DNA of 64,000 nucleotides, taken from the IMG/VR virus record IMGVR_UViG_3300016649_000355; one strand, given 5' to 3'. Both the position numbers and the translations under genes were made by a program. Numbering within the stretch: the stretch's first letter is position 1; each line of letters opens with the position of its first letter. The notes below the pieces were generated by a model that made no database searches, was not told where the DNA came from, and saw only the letters and a program-made list of their open reading frames with translations. The DNA is from a virus. Taxonomy: Duplodnaviria; Caudoviricetes. Positions 28,671 through 39,022 of the stretch are shown piece by piece.

Positions 28671-30512
28671 TTAGTTACTCGCTGTTTGTAAGGAAAGTGC
28701 TGTCACTGACTGCCCACTAGTCAATGCAATACGCACATATATTTCATTTGTTGCTGTACTTGAAGATGATACTGTACCAAAGGTTGCTGTTACTGCTTTA
28801 TTAGTCTGTGCAGCGTTCAATGGCGCTACCCCTCCCAATGCACAACCATCGCTACCGTTGCCGCCAGCTCCTATATTTGAACCAGGAACGCCGGCACCTG
28901 CATAAGCTACACTCATATCTAACCAACCGTTCAATCCTGAAGTTGAATCTATAGTTGATCCCGGTAGTGCTACCCATAAACCCGCAATTGTTCCGGTCCA
29001 TTTGATGTCGAACTTACTCACCGAAGTTCTTATAAATTTGAATGTGAAATACTGTGTACCACTTCTTGCTACACTTAAATTGGGGCCTGAAGGGAGATAC
29101 CCTGAACCATAATTAGTTTGATCATGCTTAAGAATATTAGCAACCACTGTGGCATCATAGGTTTGTAATGGCCCAGTTTGACTATTGAACGCAGCAGCAT
29201 TCGCAGTATATACAGGGGTATTTCCAACACCCGGATTATCTATCCTGAATGCTAATCCAGATCCAGACCCAATCGTTGATCCAATAAAAACATTTGCCTC
29301 TTCGATTCTCGATGCAGAACTTGCAGTACCTGTCTTATATAATACAGTTGCGCTAGGATTAAATGATTGAACTCCCGTAGCATAGCTGTTTACAACACTA
29401 ACACTAGGAGATCCTGAACTAGAACCAAATCCTGATATAACCGTTGCAGTAGTTGATACTGCTTGATTTCCGCTAGATACATATAAATTTTGTGCTAGGG
29501 GAGTAGAAACACCTGCTTGTGCATATGTCTTACTTACTGGAGCACCAAATGCTCCGCCTGCTGTTCCAGTAACAAATGTATCACTAGTTGGATACATATT
29601 ACCACTCAACCGATTCACATCAAATGTGATAGTAAATTGATTTGTATTATCATAATGCGGAACAGTACTAGAATATACATAACTAGGCGATCCAGGGGCT
29701 GTTATCGCTGTATTAGAAAACTGGGGTGTACCTGGAGCACTTGAGTCATAGAACCATGAAGGTGTATTTGTGTTGCCGGCAGCGCTATCCGCAATATATA
29801 CTTCGTTCCATCCTTCTGTAACAGTGCCTGCTGCTCTTGCTGAAAATACACTCCAAAAACCAGCAGTGATGTTTGCATTTGCTGCATTGTAATCGTAGTT
29901 ATTAAAGATGACCAAATTACTATATGTTCCGTTACCATCTAAGTTTGCGGTAAGGGTTCTATTACCTGCATCGGTACCATTCAAGTATACAGTAATTGTT
30001 CCGCTATCTCCGGGACCTGCTGTTGTGATATTTGCAGTCTGATAACTACTTGCTCTACGGACTGTAGTAACTGTTGTGCCACCTGCTACTGATTTATTTG
30101 CTCCAGGGGTATTATCAGTTTGTGTATAGTTTGCCATTCTATATGTTGACAAAGTATTAATAGAAATACTTTGACTAGCAGGAAAAGCAGGAGGAGCCGG
30201 AGGAACTAATTTTCCTAAGACTACATTTAGTTGTGCGATTGCGTTTGATACTGAAGAACTATTTGATAGTGATACTGCGTTACTTACTAAGTTTCCTAAA
30301 GTAGGATCGCCCATCGCCACCGCGGTTGCTCCACCTGCAGTGTTGGCAATCACAACTAAACCGGAACCATCCGGTTCTAATTTGATATTAGCATTCGATC
30401 CCGAAGCAGTTAAAATATTTCCAGTAATTACTGTACCATTGGCAAGGATCACATTAGCAGGAACTTCTCCTACCGAAAATCCGCCAACTGAATTAAGTGG
30501 TTTTAGTGCCAT
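28671..30512 (-). CDS. Virion structural protein
   Basis: 613 aa, N-terminal MALKPLNSVGGFSVG, Ser/Thr/Gly-rich beta protein, preceded by TAAATA (30531-30536). Confidence 0.7.
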   Translation of the reverse strand: MALKPLNSVGGFSVGEVPANVILANGTVITGNILTASGSNANIKLEPDGSGLVVIANTAGGATAVAMGDPTLGNLVSNAVSLSNSSSVSNAIAQLNVVLGKLVPPAPPAFPASQSISINTLSTYRMANYTQTDNTPGANKSVAGGTTVTTVRRASSYQTANITTAGPGDSGTITVYLNGTDAGNRTLTANLDGNGTYSNLVIFNNYDYNAANANITAGFWSVFSARAAGTVTEGWNEVYIADSAAGNTNTPSWFYDSSAPGTPQFSNTAITAPGSPSYVYSSTVPHYDNTNQFTITFDVNRLSGNMYPTSDTFVTGTAGGAFGAPVSKTYAQAGVSTPLAQNLYVSSGNQAVSTTATVISGFGSSSGSPSVSVVNSYATGVQSFNPSATVLYKTGTASSASRIEEANVFIGSTIGSGSGLAFRIDNPGVGNTPVYTANAAAFNSQTGPLQTYDATVVANILKHDQTNYGSGYLPSGPNLSVARSGTQYFTFKFIRTSVSKFDIKWTGTIAGLWVALPGSTIDSTSGLNGWLDMSVAYAGAGVPGSNIGAGGNGSDGCALGGVAPLNAAQTNKAVTATFGTVSSSSTATNEIYVRIALTSGQSVTALSLQTASN

Positions 30513-30539
30513 TATTGCTCTCCGATAGTATATTTATCA

Positions 30540-33500
30540 TTAATTGTCGTATGTGGTTATTTGCATTTTATGGGTCATTGTGTTTGCGCTTTGCGGACTA
30601 AAGTATAATCCAACCGTAGCAGGAGTAATGATATTACCTGGATCATATTGTACGGAAAAATCTCCATTATATCCGTTCACCGCTATTGTATTTGTCTCGT
30701 TATAGTTTACATCGCTTCCTAATACTACTGCAAAAATCTTGCTCACTTGTCTCACATTAGCTGATGTATCAGTAGAAACGATAACAAAATCTACTCCTGA
30801 TATCTCATCTGCTTCTACGGACCATAAAACTTGATTTGCTGTTCCCGTGTTTGTGATCGCTTGAAAAACATTACTATAACTAAATCTATAGATGCCCGCA
30901 CCCATCTGAAAGCTATTTGCGATCAGATTTCCTGCAACTGTTACAGTGTTAGTGTTCTCATTAAAGGTAAAGAAAGCACTACCGCCAAATGCTCCTGTGT
31001 CGTTGTATTGAATTTGTGTGTTGCTGCCGCCGGGGGTCCCGTTACCACCTCCCCCTGTTTGTGCTGTCCAGCTTAGTCCCCCAGCACCATCTGTTTGTAA
31101 TACATATCCATTTATTCCACCGTCAATATGTAAATTAGATACATTTCCTAAATTTACATTCGCGGCGTTAGCGGCATTTACATTTCCATTAATTCTAAGT
31201 AGACCAGATCCACTTATGACAGTGTTATTAGTAAATGTTGCATTGCCTGAAACTGTTAATCCAGTAGTATTTGTTTGCCCCGGAGTTGAAATGTTTCCAG
31301 CGCTGAAGTTACCAGTTAAATTAAAGCTACCACCTACACCTAAATTACCAACATTAGCATTGCCTGAAACAACGAGTGATGTTAAATTGCCTAGACTTGT
31401 AATATTTGGTTGATTAGCACTCCTAACAGTAGCGGCTGTTTCGACTGCCAAATTAGCTACTGGAGTAGTTGATGTTACTAAGAGAGGTGAAGTGCCAGTA
31501 GCTACACTTGAAACAAGTCTTAAAGCTGAAACAGTATTTGCTACCGTAATATTATTTCCTACAATTAATACTTTTGTAGCGTCATTCCAAGTAAAATTTG
31601 GATCACCTGCAAAAGTACCATTGCTATTATACTGTACCTGTGTAGTCAATCCTCCGGGAGTACCATTGCCGTTTCCGCCCCCTGTTTGTGGAGCCCAATT
31701 TAAATTACCAGTTCCGTCAGTTATTAAAACATAATTTGCAGTTCCGCCTAATATTTTAATATTACCTACATTACCTAAATTAGAAATACCGATAACATTT
31801 AAATTTGTTAGATTTCCTAAACTTGTAATATTAGGCTGAGAAGATGTTGTTAGGCTACCCCTTAGTTCATCTGCACTGATATAATTTCCAGCATCAAGAT
31901 TTCCAGTAATATTAATATTACTGAAGGACCCAGTACCAGACATACTTCCATTAAATGTAATATTTCCATTACTATTTGCAATCGATGTATCAACATTTAA
32001 CCAACCTAAATTTCCAAGATAATTTATATTAGGTTGTGAATTTGTTGTTAATGTACCTGTAAGGTAGTTAGCTGAAACTAGATTTCCCCCTGATACATTA
32101 CCGGCATTGACATTTCCTGTAATGTTTGCTCTGAGTAAAGTAGTATTACCTGTACCAACTAAATTAACTGTTTGTACAGTATTTGTAGCGGTTATAGAAG
32201 AAACATTGGCATTCGCGTTGACTAATATATTATTAGTTGTAATGTTTCCTGATACAGACAAATTTCCTAAAGTACCAACTGTTGTGATATTTGATTGCGC
32301 TGCTAAAGTTACATTACCTGCATAACTTGCGAAATTAGCGTTAGAAATATTACCGGTAATATTACCTATAAAATTAGCTGCTGTTATATTTCCAGTAACT
32401 GTTAAATTGCCAAGCGTACCTACATTTGTGATTCCGGGTTGATTACCTGTAGATAATATACCGCTCACATAGTTTGCTGATATGTTTCCACCGGTGATTA
32501 AATTGCCAACAGTTGTATTACCTGATACTGACAATGAACTCAATGTACCTACACTAGTAATATTTGGTTGAGCATTTGTTGTTACTGTGCCTGCTGTATT
32601 CGCTGATCCGGCACTTATTGCATAAGTTGCATTTGCGACTGTACCGGTTACATTAGCACCGGCAACTGAGTTCGCACTTGCTGCTACCGTAGCACTATTT
32701 GCAGTATTCGCTTGTCCCGAATTCAATGCATAGTTTGCGTTTGCTACAGTGCCGGAAACATTAGCACCACTTACTGAATAAGCAATATTTGCAATATTTG
32801 CAATATTTGCAGCAGAGACCACGCCAGTTACATTGGCTCCTGCTACCGAGTTAGCACTTGCAGCCACCGTAGCACTATTTGCTGTATTAGCTTGACCAGC
32901 GTATAGCGCATAGTTTGCATTTGCAACTGTTCCGGAAACATTTGATCCACTTACTAGATACGCAACATTTGCTATAGCCGCTAAATTTGCGTAATTTGCA
33001 GTATTAGCAAAATTAGCGTTGCTGATGTTTCCAGAAAAGTTACCAATAAAGTTATTAGCACTTACATTACCTGTTACTGATAAATTTGTTAATGTTCCAA
33101 GGCTCGTTATATTTGGTTGACTATTTCCTACTACTGAATTTGCGAAATTTGCCGAATTAGCATTGGTAACAGTGCCAATGAAATTGCCTAAAAAATTCGC
33201 TGCTGTTACATTTCCTGTTACTGATAATCCTGTTAGTGTTCCTAAACTAGTGATATTAGGCTGTGCTGCTGTTGTAAGTATACCGGTAACTAAATTACTA
33301 ATTAATCGATTAGCGTATACATTATTACCTACATTAGCATTACCTGTTACTATTAAATTGCCTAAAGTTCCTACGCCGGTTATGTTTGGTTGATTGTTGT
33401 CTATAATTTGACTTGCGTAATTAGCAAGATTAGCATTAGATATGACACCAACAAAATTACCTACGAAATTACTTGCACTTATATTTCCCGAAACATTTAA

Positions 33501-34583
33501 TGTAGTTAAAGTGCCTAAACTTGTGATGTTAGGTTGTGATGCTGTGCTAATTACTCCCACTATCGTGTTTGCTGTAAGTCTATTGGAGGTAATATTATTA
33601 CCAACTGCAAGATTAGAAACTACATTTAAATTTTGTAAATTTCCTACTGTTGTTATATTTGCTTGGGTAGCAGTAGTCAAAATTCCAGATAGATAATTTG
33701 CTGTTACTAAGTTGCCACCGTTTACATTTCCAAAAATTCCATTTCCTGAAACAGTGAGATTGCTTAAAGTTCCGATTGAAGTAATGTTAGGCTGAGCAGA
33801 TGTTACTAATGAACCAGTTAATAAATTAGCTACTACATTATTTGATGTGATATTTCCTGTATTAGCATTTAAAAAAGAAGCATTACCTAAAACAGTTAAA
33901 GTAGCAAGATTACCTATCGATGTTATATTTGGCTGTGCACCGGTCGTTAATGTTCCTGTCAAAAAGTTTGCTGAAACATTATTTGCATTAGAAATATTTC
34001 CTACTAAATTACCTATAAAATAATTTGCTATTGCATTACCGTCAACAGTGATGAGGTCGGTAAGTATTTCAGCTACATCGATAGTCTGTGCTGATATATT
34101 TGAAACCGCCAAAAGTTCGAGGGCTGAATTATAGAAAAAGTTAGCATCGGCGCCTAAATTACCATTATTATTATATTGTATCTGCTGATTTGATCCTGCA
34201 GCAGATACTTGAAATGTGAATGGATCCCCGTTACTATCTAGATAATTGTCAGTAAGTATTCTAGTTACAACAATATTTCCCGACAATGATAATACATTAG
34301 AACTGTAATCAAACTGGAATGCATCGCTAGCACCGGCATTGCCTTCTTCATTAAAAAGTATAGATGTATTTGTGCCAGGCACTACAAAATTGCCTGATAC
34401 ATTACCTATAACATTACCTAAAAAATATGATGCTGTTACATTTCCTGAAACATCAATTATATTTGATGTTAAGTATGCTATAACCGCGCGGTTAGAGGTT
34501 ATGTTTCCATTGGCATCTACAACTGTGATAGGAGGTATACCTACAGAATAGCCACCTAATGTATTAAAGAGTTCAGCAGACAT
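30540..34583 (-). CDS. Long fibre-like Asn-rich structural protein
   Basis: 1347 aa with ~13 QPNITSLGTL-type repeats and N-terminal FNTLGGYSVG, preceded by TAAATA (34613-34618). Confidence 0.75.
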   Translation of the reverse strand: MSAELFNTLGGYSVGIPPITVVDANGNITSNRAVIAYLTSNIIDVSGNVTASYFLGNVIGNVSGNFVVPGTNTSILFNEEGNAGASDAFQFDYSSNVLSLSGNIVVTRILTDNYLDSNGDPFTFQVSAAGSNQQIQYNNNGNLGADANFFYNSALELLAVSNISAQTIDVAEILTDLITVDGNAIANYFIGNLVGNISNANNVSANFLTGTLTTGAQPNITSIGNLATLTVLGNASFLNANTGNITSNNVVANLLTGSLVTSAQPNITSIGTLSNLTVSGNGIFGNVNGGNLVTANYLSGILTTATQANITTVGNLQNLNVVSNLAVGNNITSNRLTANTIVGVISTASQPNITSLGTLTTLNVSGNISASNFVGNFVGVISNANLANYASQIIDNNQPNITGVGTLGNLIVTGNANVGNNVYANRLISNLVTGILTTAAQPNITSLGTLTGLSVTGNVTAANFLGNFIGTVTNANSANFANSVVGNSQPNITSLGTLTNLSVTGNVSANNFIGNFSGNISNANFANTANYANLAAIANVAYLVSGSNVSGTVANANYALYAGQANTANSATVAASANSVAGANVTGVVSAANIANIANIAYSVSGANVSGTVANANYALNSGQANTANSATVAASANSVAGANVTGTVANATYAISAGSANTAGTVTTNAQPNITSVGTLSSLSVSGNTTVGNLITGGNISANYVSGILSTGNQPGITNVGTLGNLTVTGNITAANFIGNITGNISNANFASYAGNVTLAAQSNITTVGTLGNLSVSGNITTNNILVNANANVSSITATNTVQTVNLVGTGNTTLLRANITGNVNAGNVSGGNLVSANYLTGTLTTNSQPNINYLGNLGWLNVDTSIANSNGNITFNGSMSGTGSFSNINITGNLDAGNYISADELRGSLTTSSQPNITSLGNLTNLNVIGISNLGNVGNIKILGGTANYVLITDGTGNLNWAPQTGGGNGNGTPGGLTTQVQYNSNGTFAGDPNFTWNDATKVLIVGNNITVANTVSALRLVSSVATGTSPLLVTSTTPVANLAVETAATVRSANQPNITSLGNLTSLVVSGNANVGNLGVGGSFNLTGNFSAGNISTPGQTNTTGLTVSGNATFTNNTVISGSGLLRINGNVNAANAANVNLGNVSNLHIDGGINGYVLQTDGAGGLSWTAQTGGGGNGTPGGSNTQIQYNDTGAFGGSAFFTFNENTNTVTVAGNLIANSFQMGAGIYRFSYSNVFQAITNTGTANQVLWSVEADEISGVDFVIVSTDTSANVRQVSKIFAVVLGSDVNYNETNTIAVNGYNGDFSVQYDPGNIITPATVGLYFSPQSANTMTHKMQITTYDN

Positions 34584-34686
34584 TAAAAGTTCCTAAATCG
34601 CACACCATGATGTATTTATCAAATTATTATTATATAATAAATGGAAAAAAGATTGGAATGTAACTTTATTTTTATTAAATAACAAT

Positions 34687-35052
34687 ATGTTGACGCAGCA
34701 ACCCAATAGACCTTTTTGCCAGCATTGTAAAATCGTCCTTGCTAAACCTAACGGGACGAGCAAGCACGGATTCAAAAAATGGCACAAATATTGTTCAAGT
34801 TGCTCAAAATATTTTTACGATAAGAAATATAAACATCTAGCAGTTAAGAAATCGATCTGCGATTCTTGTGGTTTTGTTCCAGTCGATATGTGCCAGCTAG
34901 ATTTGATCTATCTAGATGGGGATCAAAATAACAAAAAGAATTCTAATCTTAAAACACTGTGCGCTAATTGCAATAGGTTATTTCAAAAAAATATCAAGAA
35001 GAGCAAAAAGAAACTGTTAGACATAACAGTAGATGCCGATGTGAGACTATAA
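34687..35052 (+). CDS. Zinc-finger / degenerate HNH-like protein
   Basis: Four CxxC pairs. LDLIYLDGDQNNKKNSNLKTLCANCNRL resembles the HNH motif (xDHIDGN..NN...NL..LCxNCH) but lacks the His residues. Confidence 0.65.
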   Translation: MLTQQPNRPFCQHCKIVLAKPNGTSKHGFKKWHKYCSSCSKYFYDKKYKHLAVKKSICDSCGFVPVDMCQLDLIYLDGDQNNKKNSNLKTLCANCNRLFQKNIKKSKKKLLDITVDADVRL

Positions 35053-35055
35053 AAC

Positions 35056-35079
35056 AAAAAGCACTCCGAAGAGTGCTTT
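35056..35079 (-). terminator. Rho-independent terminator of the major capsid gene (possibly bidirectional)
   Basis: Minus strand: AAAGCACTC-TTCG-GAGTGCTTTTTGTTTT, a UUCG tetraloop followed by a U tract. Confidence 0.9.
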
Positions 35080-35107
35080 CTGAACTTCCCATCCCGAGAG
35101 AAGATTT

Positions 35108-36304
35108 TTACTGGAATGTAAGATTCTGAACTGCGATCTCACCAACATAGTCAGCAGCGTTACCGAATGATGACGCTGTGTTTGTTAATTCGATGTAGCC
35201 GTATCTTGTCATGAATGATACGACTGGCTCGAATGTTGATGGGTCTAGAACAACACCGCTGCTCATTAAAGGAATATATGGGCAGTAGAATGCTGCTGCA
35301 TCAGTCTCGCTTGAACCTTTGTAACCAACTAGAACAGGTTGTGTGTCAGGAGCATATGAGTCAACGAATACACGCATTGCACCGTTCAATGTACCAACAA
35401 ACTTTGTATTTGTTGGAGCTTCGAATGTACCTTCTGTTGTTCTTGCGAAAGCAGAAGTTGTTGCGGACTGTAGAACTGTTAATGCTGCTGAAGATACAAC
35501 TGCCCAGTTACCAGCACCACGACGGGTACGCTGTGCAATCAAGTTTGCAACACGGTTGATTAGAACTGCTAATGCAGCATGCTCGTCACCAACATAAGTT
35601 GCTGTACCTGATACTGTTGCTTGGTTGTATGTGAACTCAGTTGAAGCTAGAGTGCGTAGAGATAATAGGATCTCTTGATCAATTTCAGCAGTGATCTCTT
35701 GTGCTAATGCTGCCATGATCTCTGCTTCAACATCGATACCGTGTTGACTCTGTGCATCTTGTGCAGCTTCAAATGTCCAGCGTGCCTGTAACTTACGGCT
35801 CTTGGCTTCAACTGCCTGACGCAAGATTTGTACGCTGATCTGCTTACCGCCGTTACCTTCTAATGATGCTGTATCAGCACCAGTATAATAGTTAGTGCTT
35901 GTTGCACTTGAAGGAACGCGCGAGTATGCCTGAGCGATTAAGAATGGACTTAATGCTTCTTGACCTGCTGTTACAGATGTTTGTGCTGCTGAGTTATCTG
36001 TTAAAGACTGTGCATATCGAACACGCAATGTGTGGATTTGACCAACTGGTCCTGTCATTGGCTGAACACCAACTAGCTCATTAGCGATAACTGTTGGCAT
36101 TACACGACGGATAACTGGAAGAATCACACGGTTAAGTGTTGCGATGTTTCCTGCTGTTGTTGTACCTGCTGAACTTTCAGCAAGTAACTGCTTTTTGGTG
36201 TTTTCTAAGATAACACCCATAGTTGAACGACGAGTTCCTTTTAAGCCTTCTAGTAGGGCCTCTTTGGTCTCGTTCCAACGGCTTTCTAAGAGTACTTTAG
36301 ACAT
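35108..36304 (-). CDS. gp23: Major capsid protein (T4 gp23-like)
   Basis: LVGVQPMTGPVGQIHTLR, AKSRKLQARWTFEAAQD, EITAEIDQEI and FYCPYIPL...MTRYG motifs. Confidence 0.96.
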   Translation of the reverse strand: MSKVLLESRWNETKEALLEGLKGTRRSTMGVILENTKKQLLAESSAGTTTAGNIATLNRVILPVIRRVMPTVIANELVGVQPMTGPVGQIHTLRVRYAQSLTDNSAAQTSVTAGQEALSPFLIAQAYSRVPSSATSTNYYTGADTASLEGNGGKQISVQILRQAVEAKSRKLQARWTFEAAQDAQSQHGIDVEAEIMAALAQEITAEIDQEILLSLRTLASTEFTYNQATVSGTATYVGDEHAALAVLINRVANLIAQRTRRGAGNWAVVSSAALTVLQSATTSAFARTTEGTFEAPTNTKFVGTLNGAMRVFVDSYAPDTQPVLVGYKGSSETDAAAFYCPYIPLMSSGVVLDPSTFEPVVSFMTRYGYIELTNTASSFGNAADYVGEIAVQNLTFQ

Positions 36305-36331
36305 TTTATTTTTCTCCTAATCTATGTCAAA

Positions 36332-37432
36332 TTAAAGCCCTGCCAGACGCTTAATTTCGATGACATTATCTTTGCCCTCGAATTCAATTTCGTGCTTTTT
36401 GGCAGATTTATCACCAGTTACTTCAACCACGCTCTCACTAATCATAGCTTTTTCAGCTTTTTTACTAGCTCCAGTGTTTAGAACTGCTGGTAGATACTTA
36501 TCGAAAGATGCTTGCAATTTGGTTGTCTGCACACTTTCAAGTAAACTTCTCATTACTTTAGCTTTCTCTTCATTGAGAGTAGATAGTAGGTCACCCATTA
36601 CCTTCTCACGCTGAACAGATTCTTTGATAATGCGAACTTCACGATCCTTTGATTCAACTAATTTCTTAGTCTCTTCAGTTTGTTTCATTGCTTCGGAAAG
36701 TTGAGCTTCTTTCTGAGCTAACCTTTGCATTAGCTTCTTAGTTTCTGCCTTTTCACTTAAATGAGTGACAGAGAACTCTCCTGCAAATGCTTCAAATATC
36801 TTGCGTCCAAAATTATTTTCTTGGGCAACTTTGATATCTTCTTTAAGTTGTGTTAGTTCATTCCTTAAATGCGATGATACAACAGAACTCAATTTCTTAG
36901 AACTTTCAGCTACAAATTTAGCTTTAAGTGCTTCTAATTGTTTTCTGCCTTCAGCAACTAATCTGACCTTAGCTTCAACAACAGCTTGTTTATCTTGTGC
37001 AAACTCTTTGATTTCTCTTGCAAGTGCATGTACGATAAATTTCTCAAGCTTTTCTTGATTTTCTTTCTGAATCTTACGATCTGCGCGTAATTCTTTGATT
37101 TCTTCTGCTAACTTTGTTACCATAAAATCATTAAACTTTGCTGCATCTTCTTTAAGTTTCATTCTAGCTTTAACACGGTCTTCATTGATTGCTTTTTTCT
37201 CCTCTTGAAATTCTCTAATTTCTTGAGAAAGATTGTCAGTAATCATCTTATCAAGGGCTTCTACCATCACACTTCTATCATGTTCATATCTTTGTGCAAA
37301 CTCATCACGGAGTTCTGCACGAACTTGTTCACGGGCTTCATTGAGTTTTACTTCCCAAGCTTCGTTAAGAGCCTGAGAAACATCTTCGTTGATCAGTCCG
37401 CTTTCAAGTAATGGTTTGATAGCATCTAACAT
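36332..37432 (-). CDS. Prohead core scaffold protein (gp22-like)
   Basis: 366-aa charged coiled-coil protein between the protease and the capsid gene, ending in ...IKRLAGL. Confidence 0.85.
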   Translation of the reverse strand: MLDAIKPLLESGLINEDVSQALNEAWEVKLNEAREQVRAELRDEFAQRYEHDRSVMVEALDKMITDNLSQEIREFQEEKKAINEDRVKARMKLKEDAAKFNDFMVTKLAEEIKELRADRKIQKENQEKLEKFIVHALAREIKEFAQDKQAVVEAKVRLVAEGRKQLEALKAKFVAESSKKLSSVVSSHLRNELTQLKEDIKVAQENNFGRKIFEAFAGEFSVTHLSEKAETKKLMQRLAQKEAQLSEAMKQTEETKKLVESKDREVRIIKESVQREKVMGDLLSTLNEEKAKVMRSLLESVQTTKLQASFDKYLPAVLNTGASKKAEKAMISESVVEVTGDKSAKKHEIEFEGKDNVIEIKRLAGL

Positions 37433-37443
37433 GCTGATTCCCC

Positions 37444-38082
37444 TTATTTGATTTTAAGTTCTGTAATCAGACGAGTTACCTCATCCTTTAGGAACTTTTG
37501 AACTTTTTTGTCGCCTTTAGCTTCTTTAACAACATCCAACACTTTATGACCATTCTTCATATTCATGAGACTTTCATAAATTGCTTTTGGATATGCGTTA
37601 GGAGCACTTGGCTGAGCGACAATATCTACAGTGACGATTTCAAAGTCACTGACACGGCCATCTAGATCGTTTACATTACCACTACCACGACTAGATACAC
37701 CAAGTTTCACACCACTCTCCAACATAGTTCTTACTAATTGACCCATTGGAGTTGGAAGAATTTTTAATTTACCGTACCCATTAGGACCGTCCATCCACAT
37801 ACTAGTAATCATATGAGATACACGATCTAAATTAATCTTGAGATCATCAGGGTGATCTACTTCCCCTAGAACTGAAAAACCTTCTGTGATTTGCTTATTC
37901 AATGTATCAACGGCTGATTCGATCTCAGAAACGGGGTAAACACGCTCGTTTGCGTTCTTTACCCCACCCTGAATAAAGATACCCTTCATATAAAGGGTCT
38001 TAAAGTCACCGTCTTCCTTGACAGACTCTAGAACCATATTAGCTCTATCGAATGTCAAGTGTTCTTTGAGATACAAAGCCAT
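37444..38082 (-). CDS. gp21: Prohead core protease (gp21-like)
   Basis: GIFIQGGVKNANERVYP, LGEVDHP, LDRVSHMI, GVSSRGSG and VDIVAQPSAPNA motifs. Confidence 0.95.
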   Translation of the reverse strand: MALYLKEHLTFDRANMVLESVKEDGDFKTLYMKGIFIQGGVKNANERVYPVSEIESAVDTLNKQITEGFSVLGEVDHPDDLKINLDRVSHMITSMWMDGPNGYGKLKILPTPMGQLVRTMLESGVKLGVSSRGSGNVNDLDGRVSDFEIVTVDIVAQPSAPNAYPKAIYESLMNMKNGHKVLDVVKEAKGDKKVQKFLKDEVTRLITELKIK

Positions 38083-38096
38083 TTGCTCTCAGTTCC

Positions 38097-38894
38097 TTAT
38101 CTTGCTACTGGACTGTGTGTACCAGTCGCGCCATCTTTTGTTACTGGTTTTGGTGTTGAACCTAGATCCTGGCTCTTTTGTCCGGGAGCATTTTTGAATG
38201 ATCCCGCACCCTTTACACTTGTTTCGCCTTTAGTATAAGCATTGCTAGGATTCTTAGGTCCTGTAGGAACAGACTCATCATGACCTGAGAACTTGACAGG
38301 TTTGCTGTCCATCCCTTTTGCACCAGAATTAGCTGCTACCGTGCTTTTTGTTTGTACTCCGTTGTCACCGTGTGTCACGGCAACTTTTTGTAGCTGAACA
38401 GCTTCCATCATAGCTTCATCTTCTTCGCTGTCTGACATTTCTTCTTCGTCACCCATGTCACTACCACTCATGATCTCTTCGAATTCAGCCATTAATTCAT
38501 CTAATTTATCTTCGATCTTAACAACACGGTCTTCTAACTCTTCATTACCACCCATGTCAGCATGATGATCTTCATCGTCATGCTCGTCTTCTAAGTCTTT
38601 TGTTAAATCTTCACCGTCTTCTTCTGCTTCATCATCAAATTTAATATCAGCATCATCTTCTTCTGCTTCTGTCATTCCACCGGCTTCGTCAGCATTAATC
38701 TCATCAAGTAAATCACCTACTTGACCGCCCATGCCTTCTTCCATATCTTCTTCACCCATCATTTCTTCATCCATGATTGACTCATAGATTTCACGGGACT
38801 TTTCGACTACGATTTCATGAAAAAGTTCACGGGCCTGCTCTTCGTTCTCATTGATAATCATATCAATAAGTTGTTCAAATTTTCTGTTATCCAT
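38097..38894 (-). CDS. Acidic prohead core / internal head protein
   Basis: 265 aa, very Glu/Asp-rich, located between the portal and protease genes like T4 gp67/68; TATAAATA upstream. Confidence 0.6.
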   Translation of the reverse strand: MDNRKFEQLIDMIINENEEQARELFHEIVVEKSREIYESIMDEEMMGEEDMEEGMGGQVGDLLDEINADEAGGMTEAEEDDADIKFDDEAEEDGEDLTKDLEDEHDDEDHHADMGGNEELEDRVVKIEDKLDELMAEFEEIMSGSDMGDEEEMSDSEEDEAMMEAVQLQKVAVTHGDNGVQTKSTVAANSGAKGMDSKPVKFSGHDESVPTGPKNPSNAYTKGETSVKGAGSFKNAPGQKSQDLGSTPKPVTKDGATGTHSPVAR

Positions 38895-38931
38895 TATAAG
38901 TTTCTCCTGAATGAAAATGGCTTTGTAGATT

Positions 38932-38939
38932 TATTTATA
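38932..38939 (-). promoter_or_regulatory. T4-type late promoter TATAAATA
   Basis: Exact T4 late consensus upstream of the head operon. Confidence 0.75.
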
Positions 38940-39022
38940 GCATAGTCATAAAAATAACTCTAAATGTGCTATTTTTTTGCGTTTTTTGTAATATAAATGT
39001 AAAAAACGCTTTGAGTGTTGAA

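Noticed and set aside
13601-34551. Many long plus-strand ORFs across the fibre genes
   Set aside because: These are antisense shadows of repetitive Asn/Thr/Gly/Ala/Val codons (e.g. MLPALALPVTLNAPPVEI), with no RBS or promoter support.
38979-39009. GCGTTTTTT/AAAAAACGC hairpin between head genes
   Set aside because: A plausible weak terminator or processing site, but A/T-driven and ordinary; not supportable as a specific feature.
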